Under the pieces are notes generated by a model, which saw only the letters and a list, made by a program, of their open reading frames with translations, did no database searches and was not told where the DNA came from. This document shows positions 12,161 to 21,750 of a DNA stretch of 64,000 nucleotides, in pieces. The DNA is from Bacillota bacterium (lineage in GTDB: Bacteria; Bacillota; Sulfobacillia; JAJZYS01; JAJYTV01), in NCBI GenBank assembly GCA_021847575.1, contig JAJZQO010000002.1, forward strand, positions 22,829 through 86,828, in the 5' to 3' direction. The position numbers and the translations under genes were made by a program. Numbering within the stretch: the stretch's first letter is position 1; every line of letters begins with the position of its first letter.

Positions 12161-12281
12161 TGACGATATTTCGCCTTGTAGCAAACGATTCCTGTGTCCG
12201 AATGTACCCATCGCACCGGCGCAGCTGTCGATTTCCACGCGCAGTGTCGGGACCGCCCCGAGGATGCGACGAAAAGCCGGC

Positions 12282-12884
12282 TCAGAATCCGGTGAGGAAG
12301 GGATTCCCGATGCGCTCGCGGCCGATCGTCGTACCAGGGCCGTGGCCGGGATGGACCCGCGTCTCGGCCGGCAACGCGCAGAGACTGGCCAGCGAACGGT
12401 ACAGGGTTTCGGGATCGCCCCCTGGCAGGTCGGTGCGGCCAATCGAGTCGTAGAACAGGCAGTCCCCGGAAAAAAGGTCCTCGCCGATGCGCAGCGCAAG
12501 GTGTCCCGGCGTGTGGCCGGGCACTGCCAGGACTTCGACGGCCAAGCCACCGAGAGACAGATGCTCGCCGCCGCGCAGCAGCCGGTCGGGTTTGGGTACC
12601 GGGTAGGTCTCGCCCAGAAACTCTCCCGTCGCAAGCGGCAGATCCGCCTCCGGGAAGTAGAGCTCGCACGCGAGCAGGGAGCGCAGCCTCTCGGCGCCCA
12701 GCATGTGGTCGCCATGACCATGCGTTATGAGCAAGGCCGATACGTTGAGGTTCAAGGCATGGGCCTTGGCCGCGATCGCCTCGGGCATGTAGCCGGCGTC
12801 GATCAGCAGTGCGTCGCCCGGATCTTGCCAGACGAAATAGCAGTTTGTCGCGAACGGCCCGAAGGTTGCGCTGCGGATCTCCAA
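12282..12884 (-). CDS. MBL-fold metallo-hydrolase (glyoxalase II-like)
   Basis: HGHGDH motif plus downstream His/Asp ligands. TTG start preceded by GGAGGGG; the larger ORF 12282..13184 is over-extended. Confidence 0.7.
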   Translation of the reverse strand: MEIRSATFGPFATNCYFVWQDPGDALLIDAGYMPEAIAAKAHALNLNVSALLITHGHGDHMLGAERLRSLLACELYFPEADLPLATGEFLGETYPVPKPDRLLRGGEHLSLGGLAVEVLAVPGHTPGHLALRIGEDLFSGDCLFYDSIGRTDLPGGDPETLYRSLASLCALPAETRVHPGHGPGTTIGRERIGNPFLTGF

Positions 12885-12927
12885 GTACGTCCCCTCCCCT
12901 GCCAGCTGCGTGGGTCGGCCGCCCGGG

Positions 12928-13377
12928 TCAGTCCTTTGCGCGCCCGCGCTCCCGCGAGTCGATGAGGATCGTGACCGGTCCCGAGTTCTCCGAGAGGAAG
13001 CGCATGTCTGCGCCGAAGACGCCATGCTGGGCCGCGCCGAAGCCCAGGAGGAAGCGTTGCCACAGATCGCGCGCCTGCGCGGGCGGCAGAGCCGGACCGA
13101 AGTCCGGTCGCATGCCGCGCGCCACGTCCCCGTAAAGGGTGAACTGCGGCACGAGCAGGTGGCCAAGTCCCAGCTCGTCGGCACTGTGGCGCAGCCTACC
13201 TGTTTCGTCCGCGAAAATGCGCAGGCCGCGCAGCTTGCGCGTCATCCAGGCGAGGTCCTCGGGCCCGTCCGCCAGCCCGAAGCCGACCAGTGCGGCCTGG
13301 CCCTCCTCAATGGCCGCGACAAGTTCGCCTTCGACGCGGACCTCGGCCCTCGCGACGCGCATGGCAACCGCCCGCAC
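12928..13377 (-). CDS. dtd: D-aminoacyl-tRNA deacylase
   Basis: 149 aa. MRAVAMRV..., SQFTLYGD, and a C-terminal GPVT motif. Confidence 0.85.
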   Translation of the reverse strand: MRAVAMRVARAEVRVEGELVAAIEEGQAALVGFGLADGPEDLAWMTRKLRGLRIFADETGRLRHSADELGLGHLLVPQFTLYGDVARGMRPDFGPALPPAQARDLWQRFLLGFGAAQHGVFGADMRFLSENSGPVTILIDSRERGRAKD

Positions 13378-13609
13378 CGGCCCACCTCCAGCGATGCTGC
13401 AGCCTGCCCGGGGCCATTCAGCGACCCCTCAGGTCCCTGGCAGGCATCATAGCACCGGATGACACCCGCGTGGACAGGCCCCGCTGCAGAGCACGCCCCT
13501 GGGGACGGCCGGCGCCGGCAAACCCCGCCCGACGTGACGGTGATCACGCCTCGTCGGGCGGCCAGGGCGCATGCTGGGCCCACAGGACGCTTGCCGAGGA
13601 GGCGGGAGG

Positions 13610-14737
13610 ATGTCCCAGTCGCCCTATGCGGAGCAGCCGTTCATCGTCATCTGGGAAACGACGCAGGCCTGCGACCTCGCCTGCAAGCACTGCCGCGCCG
13701 CGGCGATACCCATGCGCAACCAGGAGGAGCTGAGCACGGAAGAGGCCATGCGGCTCATCGACGATGTCGCCACGATGCGGCCGCAGCCGAACTTCGTGCT
13801 GACCGGCGGCGATCCGATGAAGCGGCCGGACCTCGAGGAGATCATCCGCTACGCTGCCCGGGAGCGCGGGCTGCGCATCTCGATCACGCCCTCGGCCACG
13901 CCGCTTGTCACCCGGGAGCGCATCCAGGCCTGCGCCGAAGCCGGCCTCGCCCGCTGGGCGTTTTCGATCGACGGCGCCACCCCTGAGGCGCACGACTTCT
14001 TCCGCGGCCAGGATGGCTCGTTCGCCATCACGCTGCGTGCGATCGAGGAGCTCAAAACTCTCGGGCTGCCACTGCAGATCAACACGACCGTGTCGCGCTA
14101 CAACCAAGGCAGCCTGCCGGCTATCGGCAGGCTCGTGCAGGAGCTCGGCACAGTGCTCTGGAGCCTCTTCTTCCTGGTGCCGGTCGGACGCGGCCGCGCC
14201 GACGACGCCCTGGGACCCGCGGAAACCGAGTTGGTGCTCGGCTGGCTCGAGGAATTCGCCCGCACGGCGAACTGCGACGTGAAGACGACCGAGGCGCCGC
14301 AGTGGCGCAGGGTGCTGCGCGAACGGCGGCCGGCCGACGAACAGCGGGCACCTCTCGTGGCCGATCGGGTCGGGCGTGCGCCGCGGCCCGTCACAGACGG
14401 CGACGGCTTCATCTTCGTCAGCCACAAGGGCAACGTCTATCCGAGCGGCTTCCTGCCTCTCGCTCTTGGCAACGTGCGGCAGACCCCGCTCTCCGAGATC
14501 TACCGAAACTCGCCTGTGCTGCTCGCCCTGCGCGACCGCAGCCGACTGCGCGGCAAGTGCCGCATCTGCGCGTTCCGGGAGGTCTGCGGCGGCTCGCGCG
14601 CCAGGGCCTACGCGATCACCGGCGACTATCTCGAGAGCGACCCGTACTGCGCGCACCTGCCCGACCCCGCCGCCGGCCACCGGCAGGTGCGCGCCGACAT
14701 CCGCGCGCGACGCGATGACCCCGCGGAAGTGCGCTAG
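13610..14737 (+). CDS. Radical SAM enzyme with a C-terminal SPASM/twitch-type auxiliary Fe-S domain, stand-alone
   Basis: CDLACKHC (CxxxCxxC) near the N-terminus and a GGDP glycine-rich SAM motif. C-terminus: NCDV...VYPSGFL...GKCRICAFREVCGGSRARAY...DPYC. GGAGG RBS before the ATG at 13610; ORF 13571 is slightly over-called. Confidence 0.8.
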   Translation: MSQSPYAEQPFIVIWETTQACDLACKHCRAAAIPMRNQEELSTEEAMRLIDDVATMRPQPNFVLTGGDPMKRPDLEEIIRYAARERGLRISITPSATPLVTRERIQACAEAGLARWAFSIDGATPEAHDFFRGQDGSFAITLRAIEELKTLGLPLQINTTVSRYNQGSLPAIGRLVQELGTVLWSLFFLVPVGRGRADDALGPAETELVLGWLEEFARTANCDVKTTEAPQWRRVLRERRPADEQRAPLVADRVGRAPRPVTDGDGFIFVSHKGNVYPSGFLPLALGNVRQTPLSEIYRNSPVLLALRDRSRLRGKCRICAFREVCGGSRARAYAITGDYLESDPYCAHLPDPAAGHRQVRADIRARRDDPAEVR

Positions 14738-14749
14738 CCCCGGCGAACC

Positions 14750-15124
14750 TCAGGATGTCTCGCGGGTCAACAGGGCGTCGCGCAGGATCGGCACCTGGCC
14801 CCGTCCGACATCGCGCGTCGCGGTAACGAGCGCGATCGGCTGCCGCCGGCCCAGCTCCAGGATCTGCGCCAAGGCCGCCGCCCTCTCGGGCTGTGCGAGC
14901 TCGTCCATGTAGCGTCGGCGGAACTCCTCGCGCGCCTCGGGATTGGCGTGATACCAGGTGCGCAGCTCGTTCGACGGTGCCACATCCTTCAGCCAGACGT
15001 CCCACGGCGCGCCTTCCTTGCGCACGCCGCGCGGCCAGAGCCTGTCGACCAGCACGCGCAGGACACCCGGTGGCGTCGGCTCGTAGATGCGTCCCGTCAG
15101 GATGACCAAGCCCCATCCCCCCAT
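14750..15124 (-). CDS. DUF488 (YeaO-like) family protein
   Basis: RIYEPTPPGVLRVLVDRLWPRGVRKE...LKDVAPSNELRTWYHANPE matches the YeaO/DUF488 pattern. Start is ambiguous between 15124 (ATG) and 15187 (GTG); the latter is only 18 nt after the rel stop. Confidence 0.6.
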   Translation of the reverse strand: MGGWGLVILTGRIYEPTPPGVLRVLVDRLWPRGVRKEGAPWDVWLKDVAPSNELRTWYHANPEAREEFRRRYMDELAQPERAAALAQILELGRRQPIALVTATRDVGRGQVPILRDALLTRETS

Positions 15125-15204
15125 GTCGGCCGCCACGTCCCTGGAAGCCCGCTGCGCGGCGCGCGCCGCATCCACATCACCCGTCACACGTTCGTCAGGT
15201 CCCG

Positions 15205-17355
15205 TCAGGCGCGCTTCGCCGAGACGACGCGCTCCACCGAGTACACGTCCGGCAGGTGGCGCAAGCGCTCGATGATACCTCGCAGTTCACCTAGATGATG
15301 GATCTCCATCACGACCTGCACCAGGGCGGTGCGGTTGCGGTAGCCCCTTGCCCGCGCCGAAAGGATGTTGAGCCGCGTCTCGGCAACCGCCTGCGCGACA
15401 TCCGCCAGCAGGCCGGCGCGGTCGAGGGCGTGCACCTCGATCTCCACGGGATAGTTCTGCTGCAGCCCCTGGTCCCAGGCAACCTCGACGATGCGGTCCT
15501 GTTCGGTCAGGAGCGCCTTGGCGTTCGGGCATTCGGCCCGGTGCACCGTCACTCCCTTGCCGCGCGTCACATAGCCGATGATCGGGTCACCGGGCACCGG
15601 TGTGCAGCAGCGCGAGAAGCGCACGAGCAGGTTGTCCGCGCCGCGCACCCGCACGCCGTTCGTCGGCTTGCCGTAGTCGGCGAAGGCCTGCCTGTCCTCC
15701 TCCGGTACGCTCACCTGCGGCTCGGGCAGCCGGTCTTTGAGCCGCGTCACCACCTGCGGCGCCGAGAGTCCGCCGTAGCCGACGGCGGCGAAGAGGTCGT
15801 CGATGCCGCCGTAGTGCAGTCGTCGCGCCATGTCGTCGAGCCACTCGGTCCTCAGGATCTCCGACGGATCCAGGTTGACGCGCCTCGCCTCACGCTCGAC
15901 CATGTCCCGTCCGAGCTTGGCGTTCTCCTCGCGGTTCTTAGCCTTGAACCAGGAGCGGATGCGCGAGCGGGCGGAGGATGTCTGCACGAATTGCAGCCAG
16001 TCGAGCGAAGGTCCCTGGCTCGACTTCGACGTGAGGATCTCGACGATGTCGCCGTTTTCGAGCTTGTGGTCGAGGGGCATGATGCGCCCGTTGACGCGCG
16101 CGCCAACGCAGTGGTGGCCCACGTCGGTGTGGATGCGGTAGGCGAAGTCGACCGGCGTGGCACCCGCCGGCAGGTTGTGCACCTGGCCCTTCGGCGTGAA
16201 GACGAACACCTCGTCGGCGAAGAGGTCGATCTTGAGGGTCTCGAGGAACTCGCGCGCGTCGCGCAGGTCTCCCTGCCACTCGAGCAGTTGGCGCAACCAG
16301 CCGAGCTTCTGGTCGAAAGTCGGGTCGGACCGCCCTTCTTTGTACACCCAGTGCGCCGCGATGCCGAACTCTGCCGTGCGGTGCATCTCCTGCGTGCGGA
16401 TCTGCACCTCGACAGGAAGCCCGCCAGGCCCGACCACCGTCGTGTGCAGGCTCTGGTAGAGGTTCGGCTTGGGCATGGCGATGTAGTCCTTGAAGCGACC
16501 GGGAATCGGCGTGTACATGGTGTGGACGATGCCGAGGACGCCGTAGCAGTCCTTGACCGACTCCACGATCACGCGGAGCGCGACGAGGTCGTAGATCTCG
16601 CTGAAATCCTTGCCCTGGCGCATCTTGTTGTAGATGCTGTAAAAGCTCTTCGGCCGCCCCGAGATGTCGGCCGCCACGCCGTGCTCCAAGAGGTTCGCCA
16701 GGATCTCCTGCGCCACCTGGTCGATGTAGCGCTCGCGGTCCCCGCGGCGCTGGCGCACGAGTTCGGCGATGGCCTGGTAGGACTCCGGCTCGAGATAGCG
16801 GAGCGAGAGGTCCTCGAGTTCCCACTTGAGCCGATAGATGCCGAGCCTGTGCGCCAAAGGCGCATAGATCTCGAGCGTCTCCTGCGCTATGCGCCGCTGG
16901 CGCACCGGCTGCAGGTGCTTCAGGGTGCGCAGGTTGTGCAGGCGGTCCGCGAGCTTGATCAGGATGACGCGCACGTCCTGCGCCATGGCGAGGAACATCT
17001 TGCGCAGGTTCTCGGCCTCCTGCTCGAGCTGCGAGCGGTCCTCGAGCAGCGAGAGCTTGGTCACGCCGTCCACCAGCGTCGCCACGTCCCCGCCGAAGGT
17101 GCGGCCGATCTCGTCCAGGCTCGCCGACGTATCCTCCACGACATCGTGTAGAAAGGCCGCCTGCAGCGTCACCGCGTCCATCTCGAGGTCTGCGAGGATC
17201 TCCGCTACCGCCTCGGGATGCGTGATGTAGGGTTCACCCGACTGGCGGAGCTGGCCCTCGTGAAAATGCGCGGCGAACGTATGGGCGTGCGCGACCTCAT
17301 CCCGCTCGTGCGGCGTGAGATAGCCCAGTTTCGAGGCTACGTCGCTCCAAGGCAA
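15205..17355 (-). CDS. rel: Bifunctional (p)ppGpp synthetase/hydrolase Rel
   Basis: 716 aa with an HD hydrolase domain, RelA/SpoT synthetase domain, TGS and ACT. Confidence 0.9.
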   Translation of the reverse strand: MPWSDVASKLGYLTPHERDEVAHAHTFAAHFHEGQLRQSGEPYITHPEAVAEILADLEMDAVTLQAAFLHDVVEDTSASLDEIGRTFGGDVATLVDGVTKLSLLEDRSQLEQEAENLRKMFLAMAQDVRVILIKLADRLHNLRTLKHLQPVRQRRIAQETLEIYAPLAHRLGIYRLKWELEDLSLRYLEPESYQAIAELVRQRRGDRERYIDQVAQEILANLLEHGVAADISGRPKSFYSIYNKMRQGKDFSEIYDLVALRVIVESVKDCYGVLGIVHTMYTPIPGRFKDYIAMPKPNLYQSLHTTVVGPGGLPVEVQIRTQEMHRTAEFGIAAHWVYKEGRSDPTFDQKLGWLRQLLEWQGDLRDAREFLETLKIDLFADEVFVFTPKGQVHNLPAGATPVDFAYRIHTDVGHHCVGARVNGRIMPLDHKLENGDIVEILTSKSSQGPSLDWLQFVQTSSARSRIRSWFKAKNREENAKLGRDMVEREARRVNLDPSEILRTEWLDDMARRLHYGGIDDLFAAVGYGGLSAPQVVTRLKDRLPEPQVSVPEEDRQAFADYGKPTNGVRVRGADNLLVRFSRCCTPVPGDPIIGYVTRGKGVTVHRAECPNAKALLTEQDRIVEVAWDQGLQQNYPVEIEVHALDRAGLLADVAQAVAETRLNILSARARGYRNRTALVQVVMEIHHLGELRGIIERLRHLPDVYSVERVVSAKRA

Positions 17356-17391
17356 GGTCGCACCCCCTTCCGAAGGCCATGTTCGCCAGGA

Positions 17392-17910
17392 CTACGCGTC
17401 GATCTGTACGAGAGTGCAGACCGGCAGATCGCCAAGCTGCTTGCGGCCGGAAAGGAATGTGAGCTCGACGAGGAAGCCCAGCCCCGCCGTGACGCCACCG
17501 GCGCTGCGGATCAGGTCCATCGTCGCGAGGACCGTGCCACCGGTCGCGAGAAGGTCGTCCACCACGAGCACGCGCTGCCCTGGCTTGATCGCGTCGACGT
17601 GCAGTTCGAGGGCGGCCGAGCCGTACTCGAGCTCGTAGTCCCGTCGGATGGAGCGGTAAGGCAGCCGACCCGGCTTGCGCACCGGCAGGAAGCCGATGCC
17701 GAGTTCCGCGGCGATCGGCGCCCCCACCAGGAACCCGCGGGCCTCGGGGGCCGCAACAGCGTCCACGCCGAGTTCGCGTGCAAAGTCGGCAAGCTCGGCG
17801 ATCGCCTCGCGGAAGCTCGGCCCATCGGCAAGCCATGGCGTGATGTCGATGAACTGGATGCCGGCGCGAGGAAAGTCCGGCACGGTACGCAGCGGTGGAC
17901 GTGCTTGCAT
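17392..17910 (-). CDS. apt: Adenine phosphoribosyltransferase
   Basis: 172 aa. PRPP-binding motif VLVVDDLLATGGT. Confidence 0.9.
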   Translation of the reverse strand: MQARPPLRTVPDFPRAGIQFIDITPWLADGPSFREAIAELADFARELGVDAVAAPEARGFLVGAPIAAELGIGFLPVRKPGRLPYRSIRRDYELEYGSAALELHVDAIKPGQRVLVVDDLLATGGTVLATMDLIRSAGGVTAGLGFLVELTFLSGRKQLGDLPVCTLVQIDA

Positions 17911-18059
17911 CCCTTCGGCCGCCCCATGCGCGGCGGCCTGAGCCCCCTTCGCTCGATCTGTCCTGGTCCGACCGCACAGGGCCGACTCTCACTCAGGCCG
18001 TGGGCCGGTGCGCGGCAGCATGTTCAGAATAGCCGAAGAGGGCACCGCATGGGAACGCG

Positions 18060-20399
18060 TCAGACCGCCGCCTCGGCACCGTCGGCCAGAAGCTCGGCGC
18101 AGAGTGCGTCGGTGGCGCCGTACCACAGCCCCGCGCTCTCGCCGAATCGCCTCGCGCGGCGACGGAAGGCATCGAGCACATTCGAGTCCTCAAGTCGCGC
18201 CGGATGCGGTGTCATGCCGGCCGGGCCGACGAGGCCAAGCTCGCGGAAGACGATGTAGGCGATGAGGTCCTCGGGCGCCTGCGGCAGCTGCGCAAGGCGC
18301 GCGGGCGGCCACAGACGCATGCGGCGGTAGGCCTGCCGCAGCTCGTCGTCGCTGGGCGACCACGTCTCCGCGGCCAGTTTCAGGCCGTGCTCGTCCAGCG
18401 GCCGATACGCCAGGACGAGCTTGCGCCCCGCCGCCGCGGCCCGCAGTTCGCCGGGAGACGCCGCCCTTTCCATCGCGACGACCGTCTCGATCGGCAGGAA
18501 CGGCACAGGGTGCGGGCCGACCACGCCACGCATGCGCCCGCTCCGCCAGAGTTCGGTCAATTCGGTCTCGGCGGCGGTGGCAGCGGGATAGAATCCCTCG
18601 CCGAAAGCGGCGGCTGCGCGCCCGACGGTGAGCGTGTCGAGCGTATAGTAGTGGCACAGTCCCACCACCTCACCCGGTCCCATGCCACGCCTGTCCTGCA
18701 CGGCCACGGCGCCCTGCCCCGGCAGGTACCCGGGAGGCACTGCGGCCCGCTCCCGCAGCAGCGCCATGGCGCTCTGGGTGCGCTCCACGATGCGCAGTCT
18801 GGGCCTGCGCTCTCCCTGGTAGGCGTCCACTTCGAGGGCGGCGACAATGTCCAGCCGTCCATTCGCCGGCTCGGCCGAGCGCCAGTGCAGCGCAACGGCC
18901 TCGCCGGAACGGTCGCGCAGGCGGATGCGCCGGTGGCGGCCGTCACCGATCGTCCTGTCCTCCAGGACCTCTGCGTCCTCGACCAGCCACTGCGGCGCCG
19001 GGTTGCCCGGGCCGAACGGCCGCAGGCGCGCGAGCCCGTCCGCGACGCTGAGGGCCGCGTCCGCGAGTTGCAGGCGCGCGTCCACCTGGCGCGGCTCGGG
19101 CTCGGCAGGATTCAGGCGGTAATACCCCTCAAGCACCTCGCGCAGTGAGGCCAGCGCCGGGGCCTCCAACCGGAAACCGGCAGCGCCTGGATGGCCGCCG
19201 TACTCCCGCAGATGCTCTTTGGCGGCGGCCAGAGCCGCCAGGAGCGGGGCGCCGGCTGGTGCCCGGGCACTTCCGTAGGCCATGCCGGCGTCCACGCTGA
19301 TCACGAAGGCGGGCAGCGAGAACTCCTCGCAGAGCCGCGCGGCGACGATGCCGATCACGCCGCGGTGCCACCCCTCCCCGTAGACCACGACACACGGCGC
19401 CCCCGCCGGGACCTGCTCCCTCGCCTGCTCCGCCACATCCTGCTCGAGCGTCCGCCGCTCCCGGTTGAGACTCTCAAGACGCTGCGCGATCGCCCCGGCG
19501 GACGCACGGTCGGCACGCAGCAGGCGCAGTGCGAGGTCCGGATGGTCGAGGCGGCCGCTTGCGTTGAGCCGCGGAGCCATGACGAAGGCGGCCGTCTCCT
19601 CGTCGACCGCGCCCTGATAGCGCGCCGCGGCGAGGAGCGCCGCGATGCCCGGCCTGGGGCTCTTGTCCATGCGGGCGAGCCCGAGACGGGCGATGCGGCG
19701 GTTCTCCCCGACGAGCGGCACCTGGTCCGCAAGCGTGCCCAGCGCCGCGAGATCGAGCAGCTCGCCGCTCCCGTCGCCAAGCCACGCATTCGCGAGTTGC
19801 AGCGCGACGCCCGCGCCCGAGAGCCAACGCAGCGGGTGGGACGGCGCGAGGCTGCCCGGATGGGCGAGCGGAGCCTCGGGCAGACGCTCCGCTCGCTCGT
19901 GGTGGTCGGTGAGCCACAGGCGCACGCCGAGCTGCTGGGCAACCTCCGCCGCCTCGAGGGCCGAGACGCCGCAATCGACGGTGACGATGCCCTCGACGCC
20001 CTGCGCGTGCAGACGGCGCACCGTCTCTGGCTTGACCCCGTAGCCGTCGGCAAGCCGGTGCGGCAGGAAGACCTCGGCGCTGTGTCCCATGGCTTCGACG
20101 GCCGCCAGCACGATCGCGGCACCGGTGATGCCATCGACATCGTAGTCGCCGTGGATGGCGAGGCGCCTGCCCTGCCCGAGAAACGACGAGATGTCTGCGG
20201 CGATCTCATCAAGGCCCGGAATCTCGCGCCAGTTCGGCTGGGCGCCGCCAGCCGCGAACTCTGCGAGGTCATCCGGCGTCAGGCCCCTGGCGGCAAGCAG
20301 CCGCGCAACGGCCGGCGGCTCACCGCCTGCGATGTGGCGGCTCAGGCTGTCGGGCGAAGCCTGCCTGAGCCGCAGGTTGAGGACGCCATCCCCTGCCAT
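18060..20399 (-). CDS. recJ: Single-stranded-DNA-specific exonuclease RecJ
   Basis: 779-aa DHH/DHHA1 family (DHHERAE). Conserved position next to apt and rel. Confidence 0.85.
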   Translation of the reverse strand: MAGDGVLNLRLRQASPDSLSRHIAGGEPPAVARLLAARGLTPDDLAEFAAGGAQPNWREIPGLDEIAADISSFLGQGRRLAIHGDYDVDGITGAAIVLAAVEAMGHSAEVFLPHRLADGYGVKPETVRRLHAQGVEGIVTVDCGVSALEAAEVAQQLGVRLWLTDHHERAERLPEAPLAHPGSLAPSHPLRWLSGAGVALQLANAWLGDGSGELLDLAALGTLADQVPLVGENRRIARLGLARMDKSPRPGIAALLAAARYQGAVDEETAAFVMAPRLNASGRLDHPDLALRLLRADRASAGAIAQRLESLNRERRTLEQDVAEQAREQVPAGAPCVVVYGEGWHRGVIGIVAARLCEEFSLPAFVISVDAGMAYGSARAPAGAPLLAALAAAKEHLREYGGHPGAAGFRLEAPALASLREVLEGYYRLNPAEPEPRQVDARLQLADAALSVADGLARLRPFGPGNPAPQWLVEDAEVLEDRTIGDGRHRRIRLRDRSGEAVALHWRSAEPANGRLDIVAALEVDAYQGERRPRLRIVERTQSAMALLRERAAVPPGYLPGQGAVAVQDRRGMGPGEVVGLCHYYTLDTLTVGRAAAAFGEGFYPAATAAETELTELWRSGRMRGVVGPHPVPFLPIETVVAMERAASPGELRAAAAGRKLVLAYRPLDEHGLKLAAETWSPSDDELRQAYRRMRLWPPARLAQLPQAPEDLIAYIVFRELGLVGPAGMTPHPARLEDSNVLDAFRRRARRFGESAGLWYGATDALCAELLADGAEAAV

Positions 20400-21268
20400 C
20401 AGGCCTCCTCCTCGGGGTTCACGTGCACATGCACCGCGGCCACTTCCGGATGATTCGCCATGATCGTCTCCTTGACGTACGTCGCGACGTCGTGCCCAGC
20501 CCGCACGGTCAGATCGCCGCGTACGGCGATCTCCATATCCACGAGGACCTGCGCGCCCATGTAGCGGCCGCGCACGCCGTTCACCCTGCGCACTTCGCCC
20601 TGCGACGCGGCGTCCTGCCGCAGCGCGTCGAGCAGTGCCCTGTCGTCGAACCGGTCCATCAGATCCGCCACGGCCTGGTTCACCAGTTGCCAGCCGCTGA
20701 AGATGACGAGCAAAGAGACGAGCATGGCCAGGAGCGGGTCGAAGTAGGGCGCCACGAGCCTGGCGAGCAAGACGCCGGCCAGGGCGGCAACACTGCCGAA
20801 CACGTCCATCTGGTGATCCACAGCGGACGCCCGCAAGGCCTTCGAATGGTTGAGGTCGGCGGCCCGGCGGCTCAGCCAGTACATGCCTTCCTTGAGGACC
20901 AGGGAAATGATCGCGACATACGCGGCGACGAGTCCAGGGATGGGCTCGTGCCCAAAGTAAAGGGCCCGCGCCGACTCGTACAGAATCTCGACGCCGGCCA
21001 GCAGCAGAAGGATGCCGACAATCTTCGCCGCTACGGACTCGGCCTTCTGGTGTCCGTAGGGGTGCTCGCTGTCCGGCGGGACATGTCCCACGCGCACACC
21101 GATGGCGACGGCAAGGCTCGCGCCGACGTCCGCCAGATTGTGCAGGCCGTCCGCAAGCAGAACCTGCGCCTGCGCGACGATGCCCACAACGATCTTAAGT
21201 ACCGACAGCACGACGTTGACCGCGACTCCCAGGTTGCCGGCAAGGCGACCCAGGCGCTCCGGGCGCAT
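20399..21268 (-). CDS. Cation diffusion facilitator (CDF) family metal efflux transporter
   Basis: 289 aa, six TM helices with an HxxxD motif and a C-terminal cytoplasmic domain. Confidence 0.75.
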   Translation of the reverse strand: MRPERLGRLAGNLGVAVNVVLSVLKIVVGIVAQAQVLLADGLHNLADVGASLAVAIGVRVGHVPPDSEHPYGHQKAESVAAKIVGILLLLAGVEILYESARALYFGHEPIPGLVAAYVAIISLVLKEGMYWLSRRAADLNHSKALRASAVDHQMDVFGSVAALAGVLLARLVAPYFDPLLAMLVSLLVIFSGWQLVNQAVADLMDRFDDRALLDALRQDAASQGEVRRVNGVRGRYMGAQVLVDMEIAVRGDLTVRAGHDVATYVKETIMANHPEVAAVHVHVNPEEEA

Positions 21269-21322
21269 GACGCCACCCCCACCCCATGAATGTAGACGAA
21301 GTGTGGAGGGCGAGCCAAGGGC

Positions 21323-21721
21323 TCAGCCGCGTGGCGCGGTCGCCATCAAGGCCAGGGCGGCCAAGACACCGAGCAGTCTCAGGCTCCTGGCGATCCCCGT
21401 CTGCCTGAGATCCGCCGCCAGACGACTAGGCTCCGCCGAGACCGCCCACAGACCCGGGCCCAGCAAGGGGCCCAGCACGCGGACGAAGACGAAGATCCCC
21501 AGCGCCTGGGCCAGGCTACCCCGCCCACGGCTGCCGAAGCCGCTGGCGAAGGCCTCGCTCAGGATTCCGACGGCGATTGCGACGCTCGCCCAGATCGGGG
21601 AGCCCTGCGCGAAAGCAAGCCAGAGGGCAACGCCAAACCCGGCGAGGAAACCCGTCAGCGGTACGCCCAGCAGTGTCAGTGTGGTCAGGATCAAGCCGCT
21701 AGCGGCTGCAGCGACGCTCAT
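21323..21721 (-). CDS. Small integral membrane protein (DUF456-like)
   Basis: 132 aa, very hydrophobic with 3-4 predicted helices. Confidence 0.45.
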   Translation of the reverse strand: MSVAAAASGLILTTLTLLGVPLTGFLAGFGVALWLAFAQGSPIWASVAIAVGILSEAFASGFGSRGRGSLAQALGIFVFVRVLGPLLGPGLWAVSAEPSRLAADLRQTGIARSLRLLGVLAALALMATAPRG

Positions 21722-21750
21722 GCAGCGAGCATGCCACCGCTGCAGGCACG

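Noticed and set aside
13394-13462. 22-aa ORF (MLQPARGHSATPQVPGRHHSTG) in the rSAM upstream region, considered as a precursor peptide.
   Set aside because: No RBS, no Cys/Ser/Thr-rich core, and it overlaps the probable rSAM promoter region. Not convincing without conservation data.
13242-13583. 113-aa Cys-containing ORF (8 Cys) divergent from the radical SAM gene, considered as a possible RiPP precursor or partner.
   Set aside because: It overlaps the well-supported dtd gene in another frame for most of its length, has no RBS, and its composition is typical of an out-of-frame high-GC translation.
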